A DNA stretch of 64,000 bases from Candidatus Latescibacterota bacterium. GTDB lineage: Bacteria; Latescibacterota; UBA2968. The stretch lies in NCBI GenBank assembly GCA_965198115.1, contig OZ240241.1, positions 3,328,001 to 3,392,000 on the forward strand. The letters are read 5' to 3'. The position numbers and the translations under genes are program-made. Shown here in pieces: positions 43,501-52,078 of this stretch (its first letter is position 1; every line of letters starts with the position of its first letter). The notes beneath the pieces are model-generated. The model had not been told where the DNA came from. It saw only the letters and a program-made list of their open reading frames with translations, and made no database searches.

Positions 43501-43740
43501 GACGTCGACGAAACCGCCGCCCTCAGCGCGAGAACAAGAGCCGCCATCGCCAGCGCCAACCGACAGATGGCCTCCTTCGACGATCGCCCGACCCTTCCCG
43601 GCCGCTCCTACGGCGTCATCGCAAGAGCGCGCAGAAGCGATCGCCCTGGCGTCGTCTTCGCACGGGCAGCCGCCAGAGGTGAAGTCGATCCCTTGGAGGA
43701 TGTTGATGCGCGGATCTTGTGTGGCTTGCCGGTGACATAG
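40576..43740 (+). CDS. Miniature single-chain RNA-polymerase-like protein: fused RpoB-core and RpoC-core (two-barrel nucleotidyltransferase)
   Basis: Collinear beta motifs (SQFIQSTNWLDRTTHLRRI, PEGPNMG, RLLMGANMMRQ, FEDGVVLS, GDKLSTRHGFKGVVSRI, LPDGTAVD, SRVNFGQL, VGYVYWGRLTHL) followed by beta-prime motifs (LASPVPHPW, SGRAVIVPG..L.LDQIGVP, IHPMHCALLDADFDGDQVAV, GTRGS, AAARGEVDPL). Confidence 0.9.
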   Translation: MNTLNEVRMTITPATPWHNTSYQTFISSTLPDLLADRVPLDGYSVNRVDDYNVNVELSLRTKGGSIDLSFADVPAPDEHGLFFVDGQQEKNGGYRVVVPYPDGFDLTKANILCVGEQLAEFVEARLGDAPNDLDWDQKLAEAWLPVTGWLDTFLRTQPTSQFIQSTNWLDRTTHLRRITLVPIAFAEGPSEKTHIIPSLPTRSHYLMSPEDAAAGSKRGLTCPIIQPEGPNMGWIFEVARGAEIRDGRLVRIEGADPADASLNVGWSGSMIPFIEHTDSARLLMGANMMRQWIAPRNTAGLPSVQTAQTYPEDLVDALSNPPGPTPEPALVQTGTEPDDADYWAGYNLLTAFTMWDGDTFEDGVVLSESAAARMAFPADVDLGDKLSTRHGFKGVVSRILPDSEMPALPDGTAVDTIISPTSLISRVNFGQLREAVMGRIAHAEGQPAVVPAYEALSIEDLKSRLKGVGLPEDGMDQLTLGGEALPHRSTVGYVYWGRLTHLSRHKLRGTDHLLGPVLFGERQYSTLKGLKAYATIGDLLRRATEAGNTVPTLDNVTAKLNEAGIVLERNGEEVTFSTNGTKGYTLASPVPHPWHPEVELRAVSEGEGDLYDDVVAADERVRRLDDNAPAPLKSAAIERLAAAVGDYLDASLTPSDLEIDARVPDSGRAVIVPGAELALDQIGVPREMAWTLFGEDVASELGEDAVEKRTKAATSRLEEIANSAHLLIHKGVHITATSVLAARPVLIDDPVIRIHPMHCALLDADFDGDQVAVTRLKSEDAVRECVERLSIAGHLRHTPDALRILIGRPHGINWGLTRLARTADGRKKMTDIAGEAIGEDYGGRRSYLALLERIFEREGDNDEGLARTFAIYDGLMRLGLQACKESGVSINPFLGASLDLPAPPQSDDLELMHIYKEELIAALNQHSDPDDGDVGTFNSFRLTGTRGSDGQYVLYFGAIGHVEGVNVRHGYIKGLDVDETAALSARTRAAIASANRQMASFDDRPTLPGRSYGVIARARRSDRPGVVFARAAARGEVDPLEDVDARILCGLPVT

Positions 43741-43825
43741 TCATCTGACCGACATACACGTCAAAGCCGCGGGTTGGTCGAGAGGACCGATCCGCGGCTT
43801 TTATTATCAGAAAGAAGTCGCCTGC

Positions 43826-43999
43826 TTGTCATTTCGACACGGTGTCACCCGCGACCAGGAAACACACCATCGCGATCTGCGGCGACCCGTGGAGAAATTC
43901 CTGCGCCTGGATGCAAGAGAGCCTGTCACGTTGTCCCTTCCCGCAGGGATCTCTCACCCGTGGCGAGGGCCGAGGCTCAAATCGGGTTCGAGATGACAA
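43826..43999. repeat. MITE-like palindromic element
   Basis: Ends TTGTCATTTCGA / TCGAGATGACAA, inner arms GAGAAATTCCTGCG / CGCAGGGATCTCTC; half-sites of the same class (CTCGAAGTGAC, CTCAGGATGAC) at ~22334, 23508, 24865, 39664, 40348. Confidence 0.6.
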
Positions 44000-44518
44000 A
44001 CTAGATGCGCGATCTGGATCCCACACGTCGGTTCACCAAGCTGCTGGGGAAGACTACCCACTCGACGCCTCTTCGCCCGGTGCCCTCGGTGGTAGGTTTT
44101 CAGTGTATTCTGTGTGCTCTGTGGTTCCCTCTCTCACTGGGCAGGCTCACCCAAATCCCGCGGAGTCCTAGGCCAATGGAACTTCTCCTCCCCCGTCAGC
44201 AGCGCCCGATGCTCTTCGGATATGGTCTTCACGAAGTCGGGATCGGGATCGTACCGGTTCCACGCCTGGAACATCGTGGGCATATACCCACCCAGAATGA
44301 GAAGGCGTTCCCTGTTCGACCGGATGATGCCCGCCGAATGCATCAGGGATTCGTAGAAGAGTAGCGTCGAGCCCGCCGGAGCTTCGACCTGATGGATCAT
44401 AGAAGGATCTTCCATTGCCGCATCCACGATCGCATCACGTGAAACGTCGGTCCCCACCTTGTGCGTCCCTGCGATGACCGTCGTCCCGCCGTCATCCGGC
44501 CCTAGATCCGTCAGATTA

Positions 44519-45812
44519 GGGTTTGCCACGAAATAAGTGCTGCACTTTTCAAGGTAATGATCTTACGCTCGGAGTGTGGACGTCGAAACTCTCCGAACGA
44601 AGTATGAAGCCTTGGCTCCGGTGCTGACGGAACGCACGCGTCGTCTGTGGGCCGCCACGGAAGCCGAAGCGTTGGGTCACGGTGGGATCGCGATTGTGGC
44701 TCTGGCGACAGGAATGTCCAGAGAGCGGATCTTTCGTGGCATTCAGGAGTTGAGGTCGGACGAACCTTTGGACCCGGCTCGCATCCGGCGTCCAGGCGGC
44801 GGTCGTAAGCGGAAGGCCGACACGGACCCGACGCTGTGGCAGGACCTGAATGATCTGGTCGAGCCAACGACTGCGGGGTCGCCTGACGACAATCCTCTGA
44901 GATGGACATCGAAGAGCACTCGCAAACTGGCCGCCGAGTTGCAAGCGATGGGGCATTCGGTGAGCCCCAGGATCGTTGCCAATCTCCTGCACGAACACGA
45001 TTACACGCTGCAGGCGAATCGGAAGACAAGGGAGGGATCTGCACACCCGGATCGGGACGCTCAGTTCGTTTACCTCGATGATCGGATTAGCCAGCAGCAG
45101 CAGCAGGGCCTTCCCGTTATCTCGGTGGACACCAAGAAGAAAGAGTTGATCGGCGACTTCAAGAATCCTGGCCGAGAATGGCGACCCAAGGGAGACCCGG
45201 AGCGTGTGAAGGTACACGATTTCATAGTGCCTGCTCAGGGCAAGGCGATCCCTTATGGAGTGTATGATCTGAGCCGTGATGAAGGCTGGGTAAGTGTCGG
45301 TATCGATCACGACACGGCCAGCTTCGCCGTGAATGCGATCCGAAGTTGGTGGAAGAACATGGGACGGCCCGCCTACGGCACTTCGACGCATCTGCTAATC
45401 ACGGCGGACGCAGGCGGCAGCAACGGCGCCAAGACGCGGCTGTGGAAGTGGGAGCTGCAGCGCTTTGCGAATCGCACTGGCCTGACGATCACCGTATGCC
45501 ACTACCCTCCTGGCACTAGTAAGTGGAACAAGATCGAACATCGCCTGTTCTCCTTCATCGCTATGAACTGGCGAGGCAAGCCCCTGGTCAGCCTGGCTGC
45601 AACCGTGAATCTCATTGCCGGAACGACCACTCAAGCCGGTCTCCGAGTACGCTCCGAGATCGACAAGCGACCCTACCCTAACGGGGTCAAGGTGACCGAT
45701 GAACAGATGACCCAAATCGATCTCACTCCGCACGATTTCCACGGCGACTGGAACTACACGATCCGGCCAATGGCTCAACATTGAGATCGACCGTTTATTT
45801 ATTCGCGAACCC
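44519..45812 (+). mobile_element. ISAzo13-family element
   Basis: Ends GGGTTTGC / GCGAACCC; 3-bp TSD TTA. Confidence 0.9.
44576..45784 (+). CDS. ISAzo13-family transposase
   Basis: RIRRPGGGRK, ISVDTKKKELIG, ITADAGGSNG, PPGTSKWNKIEHRLFS. Confidence 0.95.
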   Translation: MDVETLRTKYEALAPVLTERTRRLWAATEAEALGHGGIAIVALATGMSRERIFRGIQELRSDEPLDPARIRRPGGGRKRKADTDPTLWQDLNDLVEPTTAGSPDDNPLRWTSKSTRKLAAELQAMGHSVSPRIVANLLHEHDYTLQANRKTREGSAHPDRDAQFVYLDDRISQQQQQGLPVISVDTKKKELIGDFKNPGREWRPKGDPERVKVHDFIVPAQGKAIPYGVYDLSRDEGWVSVGIDHDTASFAVNAIRSWWKNMGRPAYGTSTHLLITADAGGSNGAKTRLWKWELQRFANRTGLTITVCHYPPGTSKWNKIEHRLFSFIAMNWRGKPLVSLAATVNLIAGTTTQAGLRVRSEIDKRPYPNGVKVTDEQMTQIDLTPHDFHGDWNYTIRPMAQH

Positions 45813-46462
45813 TTAGTCAGCGCCTTGACAAACGAGAAGTGGTAGAGACCCCGTTCCATATGACTGTATGCCGGGTTGATTCCACGATGGAAGCCAAACC
45901 GCTCCCCACCATCGGCCACTGGCCGGCGTATGTGGGCATCCGATTGCTGGAGCCGGGCCGGGCCACCGATGATTTCCTCTGCCATCCCGACAATGAACGG
46001 GCTCGTCAGGTAATCGAAAAAACACTGTGCCAGGTGCGGCAGGTTATCGATCCGGAAGAACTCCTCCGTCGTACTCGTGTTGAAGCAGTTCGGCCCGGGC
46101 ATTTCTCCGTTCCGGCGAAACTGATCCTCTATCTCATACAGCGTCTCCTTCAGCACATCGATCTCGTCCTGCGACAACACCTGTTCGACAATGACGTACC
46201 CGTAGATCTCGATGTGCAATCGCTGAGCGGGCGTCAGCGCGGGAAACGACTTTGCTTTCGGTTCTGCGGTCATTGATTCCGATCCCTTGGTTCCGTGGAC
46301 GTCACAGTGATGCCCATATGATAGGCCGGGCAGCGGCCAAGCCATCGCTCCTCTCACTGCAGTTCCGTAGGAATTCACACTACGATGGTGGTGCGAATGC
46401 GTCGGCCACCGAGACGAGGGACTCAAGCCCACCGCTTGGCCGCAAAAGTCGGGTCGAAAAAT

Positions 46463-47882
46463 GGCTCTATCCGGGTTTCTCAACGGTGAAACTATAGAAT
46501 GACAAGGTCATAGATCGTTCCCTACGCTTGGTTGTGTGTGTAGGACAATCAAAGCGAAGGGGGTGCGACCTATGACCGGGAGCAGATTACTATCGAAACT
46601 GCTGAGATTCAAGGGGTTCCGTGTTGTCAGCTGGTGGTTTGAGGGGAGAAGCTGTTTCGTCATCGCCGTAAAGCCACATAAGAATGGTTGTTGTTGTCCG
46701 GAGTGCGGCCGTCGAGGTAAAATCGTCCGCACAATGCCCCATCCGCGTCGGTGGCGTGACATTCCGGTGTGCGGGTGGAGGGTCTGGCTTCTCTACCATC
46801 CTCGGGAGATTCGGTGTCCTACCCACGGTCGTGTGGTCGAGGAGATTCCGTGGGCGGAGCGGTTCTCTCGGGTGACGTATCGCTTCGAGTATGCCATGCT
46901 GCGCTACTGCCAGACCATGACGCAGAAGGCGGCGTCCGAGTTACTGCGCATCTCTGCCTCGACGCTGTCGGATCTCCGTCACCGATCCATCACGCGGCTT
47001 CGTGAAGGTCATCGTATCCGAGGGCTCAAAACCATCGGGATCGACGAGATCTCCTACGCCAAGCGTCACAGGTACGCCACGCTCGTTTACGATCTGGACC
47101 GCTCCTGCGTGGTGTGGGTTGGCCGCGGCAGGGCGCGTAAAACGATCGATCGGTTCTTCACAGAGGCTCTCAGTCCCTACCGGAGATCCAAGATCGAGTG
47201 GGCCTGCTGCGACATGAGCGAAGCTTACATCGGAGCCATCCAGGAACACTGTCCGAATGCCAAGCTGGTCCTCGATCGCTTTCACATCGTCAAGGCTCTC
47301 AATGCCGCCGTTGACGAGGTCCGTAAGGACCAGTGGCGTAAAGCTGCCCCGGATGAGCGCAAAGCCATGAAGGGCCTCCGATGGCTCCTCTACCGGCACT
47401 CAGCGACACGCTCCAGAGGGGATACTCGGACACTCAAAGCACTGGAGAAGGCGAACTACCGAATCTATAGAGCCTGGAGACTCAAGGACGAGTTCGAGCA
47501 GTTCTGGGAATACAAAGCGCCCTGGGCTGCCGAACGCTTCCTGAAATGCTGGACGACGTCCGCACTCAGAAGTCGACGTGAACCCCTGCGAAAGTTCGTC
47601 AGGACCCTGCGACAGCACTTCTTCGGCGTCCTCGCATTCGTGAACACGCGTCTTACCAACGCCATCGCCGAAGGCCTCAACCGAATCGTCCAAATCGTCA
47701 AGAACCGAGCCAGCGGATTCCGCACACTCGACGCATTCAACGATATGATCTTCCTTACCGTCGGAGACATAAACATCCCTGAGCAGATTCCGAAGAGGTT
47801 CCGCACACGCTAACCGCGCCCCCATGCCAGGAACCACGGCACCTTCACCCACTTCATCTCGTTGAGAGATCCGGATATAGCC
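46463..47882 (+). mobile_element. ISL3-family element (copy 3)
   Basis: Same IRs; 8-bp TSD CGAAAAAT. Confidence 0.95.
46536..47813 (+). CDS. ISL3-family transposase
   Basis: Near-identical to the other two copies. Confidence 0.95.
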   Translation: MCRTIKAKGVRPMTGSRLLSKLLRFKGFRVVSWWFEGRSCFVIAVKPHKNGCCCPECGRRGKIVRTMPHPRRWRDIPVCGWRVWLLYHPREIRCPTHGRVVEEIPWAERFSRVTYRFEYAMLRYCQTMTQKAASELLRISASTLSDLRHRSITRLREGHRIRGLKTIGIDEISYAKRHRYATLVYDLDRSCVVWVGRGRARKTIDRFFTEALSPYRRSKIEWACCDMSEAYIGAIQEHCPNAKLVLDRFHIVKALNAAVDEVRKDQWRKAAPDERKAMKGLRWLLYRHSATRSRGDTRTLKALEKANYRIYRAWRLKDEFEQFWEYKAPWAAERFLKCWTTSALRSRREPLRKFVRTLRQHFFGVLAFVNTRLTNAIAEGLNRIVQIVKNRASGFRTLDAFNDMIFLTVGDINIPEQIPKRFRTR

Positions 47883-48070
47883 CGAAAAATAGACCCCGGC
47901 CAGGAAGCGTACCGGGGTGACAATCACCTTCGTTCATCCCCCAATGTTCTCAGTGTCCTCAGTGGCGCCTTATGGAGCCGGCCCCACACGAACGTAGAGG
48001 TGGTCCGTTCGTGTCTTTCGTGCCTGCCCGCCGTAGCTCCGCGAAGGCGGGTATTTCGTGGTATGCCTTT

Positions 48071-50518
48071 TCACTCGTGCTGGATCGCCTCGATCGGATC
48101 CGTTGCCGCCGCTCTAAGCGACTCGTAGGCCACGGTGGCCAACGCGACGGCCGATGCCAGCAGCGCAGAGAAGAGAAACGGCTGCACGTCGAGGTCGATG
48201 CGATACGCAAAGTCAGCCAGCCAATCGCGCGAGATCCAAAAGCCAATCGGAGCGGCAACGGCCGCGGCGAGGATGACCAGGGCCATAAACTCTCTCGACA
48301 GCTTACCCAGGATCTCCTGACTCGACGCGCCCAAAACCTTGCGGATTCCGATTTCCTTCCGCCGTTGTTCCGAGGCGTAGGACGCAAAGCTCCACAGCCC
48401 TGCACACGAAATGGCAACCGCGACCAGCGTGAAGGTCAGGAACAGCTGCTGAGCCCGTGTTTCGCTCCGGTATACATTGTCGAGCTGGTCGTCCAGAAAG
48501 GAAAACTGGAAGGGCTTGCCCGGTAGCAGTCGGCCCCAAACCGCCTCGATGCCGGCGATGGTCTCCGGGAGATTTTCGCTCGCGACCTTCAGATAGAGAT
48601 ACCGAAACGAGGGCACCCAACGGTAGAAATAACCGGGTATGATCTTTTCATAGAGAGAGTGCGCGTGGAAATCGCGCAACACGCCGACGATCGTCGGTCG
48701 GTAGTCCCCGAATCTGAGAACCACCGTTTTCCCGATAGGATCCGATAGCCTGAGTCGCCGGGCCGCGGTCTCGGTCAGGAGAACCTCTACCGGAGCGGGA
48801 CCCGTCGTGCCTCCCGCACCACGCACGATCCTGCTCGCGTCGGTTGCCCCCGTCGGGGACAGATCGCGTCCGGCGACGAATTCCATCCCCATCAGCCCGA
48901 TGAAGTCCCGGTCGATCGAGCTTCGAGCCATCACGACATCCGATTCCGAATCCCCCTCCAACCCCACGGGCCCGTAGCCCACGTACTGGCCCATCCGGAG
49001 TTGAGCGGCCGATGCCCCGACGACCCCCGGCACATCCATAAACGCCTGCTTCACCGTCTCGTACTTCGGAATCAGATCGTAGTCTTGACGGAACAGATGC
49101 GTCACAACCACGTGTTCCCTGTCAAACCCCAGATTCTTCTCGCTCATATACTTCATCTGACTGTAGACCACCCACGTCACCGCGAGCAGGACAATCGTGA
49201 CTCCGAACTGGAATACCACCAGCCCCTTTCGAAGCAGACTGCGCCCGGAGCCCAATCCGTGGAAATTACGAAGCACGGATCCCGGATGGAATGCGGACAG
49301 CACAATCGCCGGATAACCCCCGGCCAGAAGACCGACCAGTGGCACGCACAGCGCGGTCAGACCTGCGATCAGGACGTTCTTCGGCGCAGCCAGCGTATAG
49401 GGTCGACCCACGACGTCCGCGAATGTCGGAAGCAGGAGCGTCACCAGCCCGAGCGCGAGCAGAAACGCGCAAGCAGCCACGACGAGACTCTCCGACAGAA
49501 ACTGAATCGCCAGCTGACGCCGGAAGGCCCCGAAGACTTTGCGCAACCCGACTTCACGAGCACGCCGTACCGCACGGGCGGTGTTGAGATTCGCGTAATT
49601 GACGCAGGCCAGAACCAGAATCGACAAGGCAACGGTCACGAACAGGCGCACGTGGGCAATGTTGCCCCCGGACGAGAATCCGTAGTCCTCGAACGAGTAG
49701 AGATGAATGCGCTCGATCGGTTGCAGGTGGTAGGACGCCACGTCGCGTATGTCGGGCGGGAGCCGCTCTGCCATCAGGGTCGCAATTTTCTCTTCTACAG
49801 CCCGTGGGTCCGTCCCTTGGCGCAGCAGGACGAAGGTGTCCGTGCGACCATCCCGCGTCCTCAACGGTCGCCCCTCGAGAAACCCCGAGCTCCACCCTGT
49901 TGCTCGCATCGTCGTCACAAAATCGAATTCGATGTGGGACGTCCCGGGCAAGTCTTTCATCACCCCCGTCACGCGATACTCGCCCCCGACCTTCCGATCG
50001 TCGATCGTAATCAGCTGGCCCATCGGATCGGAATTCGGAAAGAACTTCGCCGCCATCGACTCCGTCAGCAGCACGCCTCCCGACTCGGTCAGACAGGTCT
50101 TGGGGTCGCCCGCTACGAGTGGCAGGCTGAACACGTCGAGCAGTGTCGTGTCCGTCACGCAGAACGACTGCTTGAACGTCCGACCCCCGGCCTTCAACCA
50201 GGGTCCTCCGTCTTCGCGGAAGTAGGTGCGAACGACGTGTTCGACCTCAGGGAACGCAGCCTGCCACTGTGGACCGACCGAGCCACCGATCGCGGGAATA
50301 TGGGTCGTCGGCGATCCCTTGGTGGTGAATCCTCGAACCGCCCGGTAGATGCGCTGGCTCCTGGCGTGCGACGTGTCGTGACCGACCTCGCCCTGCACGT
50401 AGAGACCGACGAGCAGGCAGCTCGCGAGTCCTACCCCGAGGCCGATCGTGTTGAGGGCGGAATGGATCGGATTTCGCCGGAGATTACGAATCGCGATCTT
50501 GAGATAGTTGGAGAGCAT
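48071..50518 (-). CDS. ABC transporter permease, MacB/FtsX-type (duplicated domain)
   Basis: MLSNYLKIAIRNL, ACVNYANL..ARAVRRAREVGLRKVFGA, LVVFQF, RRKEIGIRKVLGAS. Confidence 0.9.
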   Translation of the reverse strand: MLSNYLKIAIRNLRRNPIHSALNTIGLGVGLASCLLVGLYVQGEVGHDTSHARSQRIYRAVRGFTTKGSPTTHIPAIGGSVGPQWQAAFPEVEHVVRTYFREDGGPWLKAGGRTFKQSFCVTDTTLLDVFSLPLVAGDPKTCLTESGGVLLTESMAAKFFPNSDPMGQLITIDDRKVGGEYRVTGVMKDLPGTSHIEFDFVTTMRATGWSSGFLEGRPLRTRDGRTDTFVLLRQGTDPRAVEEKIATLMAERLPPDIRDVASYHLQPIERIHLYSFEDYGFSSGGNIAHVRLFVTVALSILVLACVNYANLNTARAVRRAREVGLRKVFGAFRRQLAIQFLSESLVVAACAFLLALGLVTLLLPTFADVVGRPYTLAAPKNVLIAGLTALCVPLVGLLAGGYPAIVLSAFHPGSVLRNFHGLGSGRSLLRKGLVVFQFGVTIVLLAVTWVVYSQMKYMSEKNLGFDREHVVVTHLFRQDYDLIPKYETVKQAFMDVPGVVGASAAQLRMGQYVGYGPVGLEGDSESDVVMARSSIDRDFIGLMGMEFVAGRDLSPTGATDASRIVRGAGGTTGPAPVEVLLTETAARRLRLSDPIGKTVVLRFGDYRPTIVGVLRDFHAHSLYEKIIPGYFYRWVPSFRYLYLKVASENLPETIAGIEAVWGRLLPGKPFQFSFLDDQLDNVYRSETRAQQLFLTFTLVAVAISCAGLWSFASYASEQRRKEIGIRKVLGASSQEILGKLSREFMALVILAAAVAAPIGFWISRDWLADFAYRIDLDVQPFLFSALLASAVALATVAYESLRAAATDPIEAIQHE

Positions 50519-50627
50519 AGGAACCCATCCGAGTGGAAGACGAAGACACTGCCTGCACAATATACGACCTGCCCGATCCCTCGGGGTTTCGCCCTGGCCG
50601 CTTCATTACCTTCGATCCACTGCTTTC

Positions 50628-52001
50628 GAGCTATAATCAAAAGGTGTGGAAAAAGAGAAAGGGCGACCCTACCCTTCCCGTGAGATAGTTGATTCACACA
50701 AAACCGGGTGAGAGGCCCGGTTGGGAAGGAGGATCGCCGTGAAGGAACATACGCATAGAGCCCCATTGAAGTCCATGCCGACGTGGGAGACGGTTGACGA
50801 TTGGATCCGTGAAGAGATCCAGGGCCGGTTCCAGTCCATTCTGGAGGAGGAGGCGACCGCGTTCTTGGGCCGGTCGTGGTATGAGCGCCGAGCCGAGGTC
50901 GATAGCTCCAGGGGCTACAGGAACGGCTACGGCAAGCCCCGGCGTCTCTCGACGAGCTGCGGAACGATCAAGGTCCGGCGTCCCCGGGTTCGTGGTCTGG
51001 AAGAGCGGTTTGAAAGCCGCATCCTCCCCCTGTTCGCCCGGAGAACCAGGGCCATTGGAGATCTGCTTCCCGACCTTTATCTCCACGGTCTCTCCCAGGG
51101 CGACTTCGAGTTGTCTTTGCGTGCGCTGCTCGGTGATGGCGCGCCGCTTTCGCCGACCTCGATCGCTCGTCTTCGAGGGAAGTGGGAGGTCGACTTCCAG
51201 GACTGGAAAGAAAGGCGTCTGGATAATCGCGAACTGGTCTACGCCTGGGCTGATGGCATCTACGTCAAAGCCGGGCTCGAGCGCGAGAAGGCGTGTCTGC
51301 TGGTCGTGATCGGCGCGATGAGCGACGGCAGCAAGGAGATCCTGGCGATAGAACCCGGTTATCGAGAGTCTACAGAATCCTGGCTCACGGTGCTCCGGGA
51401 TCTCCGGGATCGCGGGCTCGAACATCCTGTCCTGATCGCCGCGGACGGGAATATGGGCATCTGGGCGGCCGTTGATCAGGTCTGGCCAGAGAGCCGGCAA
51501 CAACGGTGCTGGAACCACAAGATCCTCAACGTGCTCGACAAGGTCGCCAAGCGTGCACAGGCTGAAGCCCGCGCACTGCTCGTCCAGATCCCCTATGCCG
51601 GCACGAAAAAGGAGGCCGAGAAGCTCCGGAAACGCTTTGCCGCACGGTATCGCTCACAGTTCCCTGCCGCCGTGGAGACGCTCGAAAGAGACTGGGATCG
51701 GATGGTCACGTTCTACGACTTCCCGAAGGAACACTGGAAACACCTGAGAACCACGAACGTCGTCGAGAGCCCCTTTGCTTCCGTTCGGCTTCGCACAAAC
51801 GCCGCCAGGCGATTCAAGAAAGTCAGGAACGCCACGGCTCTCATCTGGCGTACGCTCAAGGTCGCAGAGAGCCGATTCAGGAAACTCACCGCGCCACACT
51901 TGCTACAACAAGTCTACGATCAGAAACACTCAACCGGACCGCAGGTCGAAGCCGGGAAGATGGCCGCCTGATTTCTTTTACACACCTATTGACCTGAGCT
52001 C
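50628..52001 (+). mobile_element. IS256-family element (copy 2)
   Basis: Same ends as copy 1; flanking duplication (A/G)CTGCTTTC. Confidence 0.95.
50739..51971 (+). CDS. IS256-family transposase
   Basis: Near-identical to copy 1. Confidence 0.95.
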   Translation: MKEHTHRAPLKSMPTWETVDDWIREEIQGRFQSILEEEATAFLGRSWYERRAEVDSSRGYRNGYGKPRRLSTSCGTIKVRRPRVRGLEERFESRILPLFARRTRAIGDLLPDLYLHGLSQGDFELSLRALLGDGAPLSPTSIARLRGKWEVDFQDWKERRLDNRELVYAWADGIYVKAGLEREKACLLVVIGAMSDGSKEILAIEPGYRESTESWLTVLRDLRDRGLEHPVLIAADGNMGIWAAVDQVWPESRQQRCWNHKILNVLDKVAKRAQAEARALLVQIPYAGTKKEAEKLRKRFAARYRSQFPAAVETLERDWDRMVTFYDFPKEHWKHLRTTNVVESPFASVRLRTNAARRFKKVRNATALIWRTLKVAESRFRKLTAPHLLQQVYDQKHSTGPQVEAGKMAA

Positions 52002-52078
52002 GCTGCTTTCTATTCGTCCCGTTTCGTGGTTAAATACCCCATCTCTCGTTCACTTCACTCGCCAGCGAGGCATCAATC

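Larger units (their letters stand above)
44134..46273 (-). pseudogene. PhyH-family dioxygenase interrupted by ISAzo13
   Basis: MTAEPK...YGYVIVEQVL...GFHRG...FVKALT | NLTDLGPDDGGTTVIAGTHK...MHSAG rejoin in frame once the IS is removed. Confidence 0.85.

Noticed and set aside
40576-43740. Housekeeping rpoB/rpoC or a decayed rpoBC pseudogene
   Set aside because: Far too short and divergent for the housekeeping enzyme, not in the ribosomal-protein cluster, yet an uninterrupted ORF with intact catalytic motifs.
39758-43740. Prophage-encoded RNA polymerase
   Set aside because: No integrase, structural or replication phage genes nearby; the flanks are metabolic genes.
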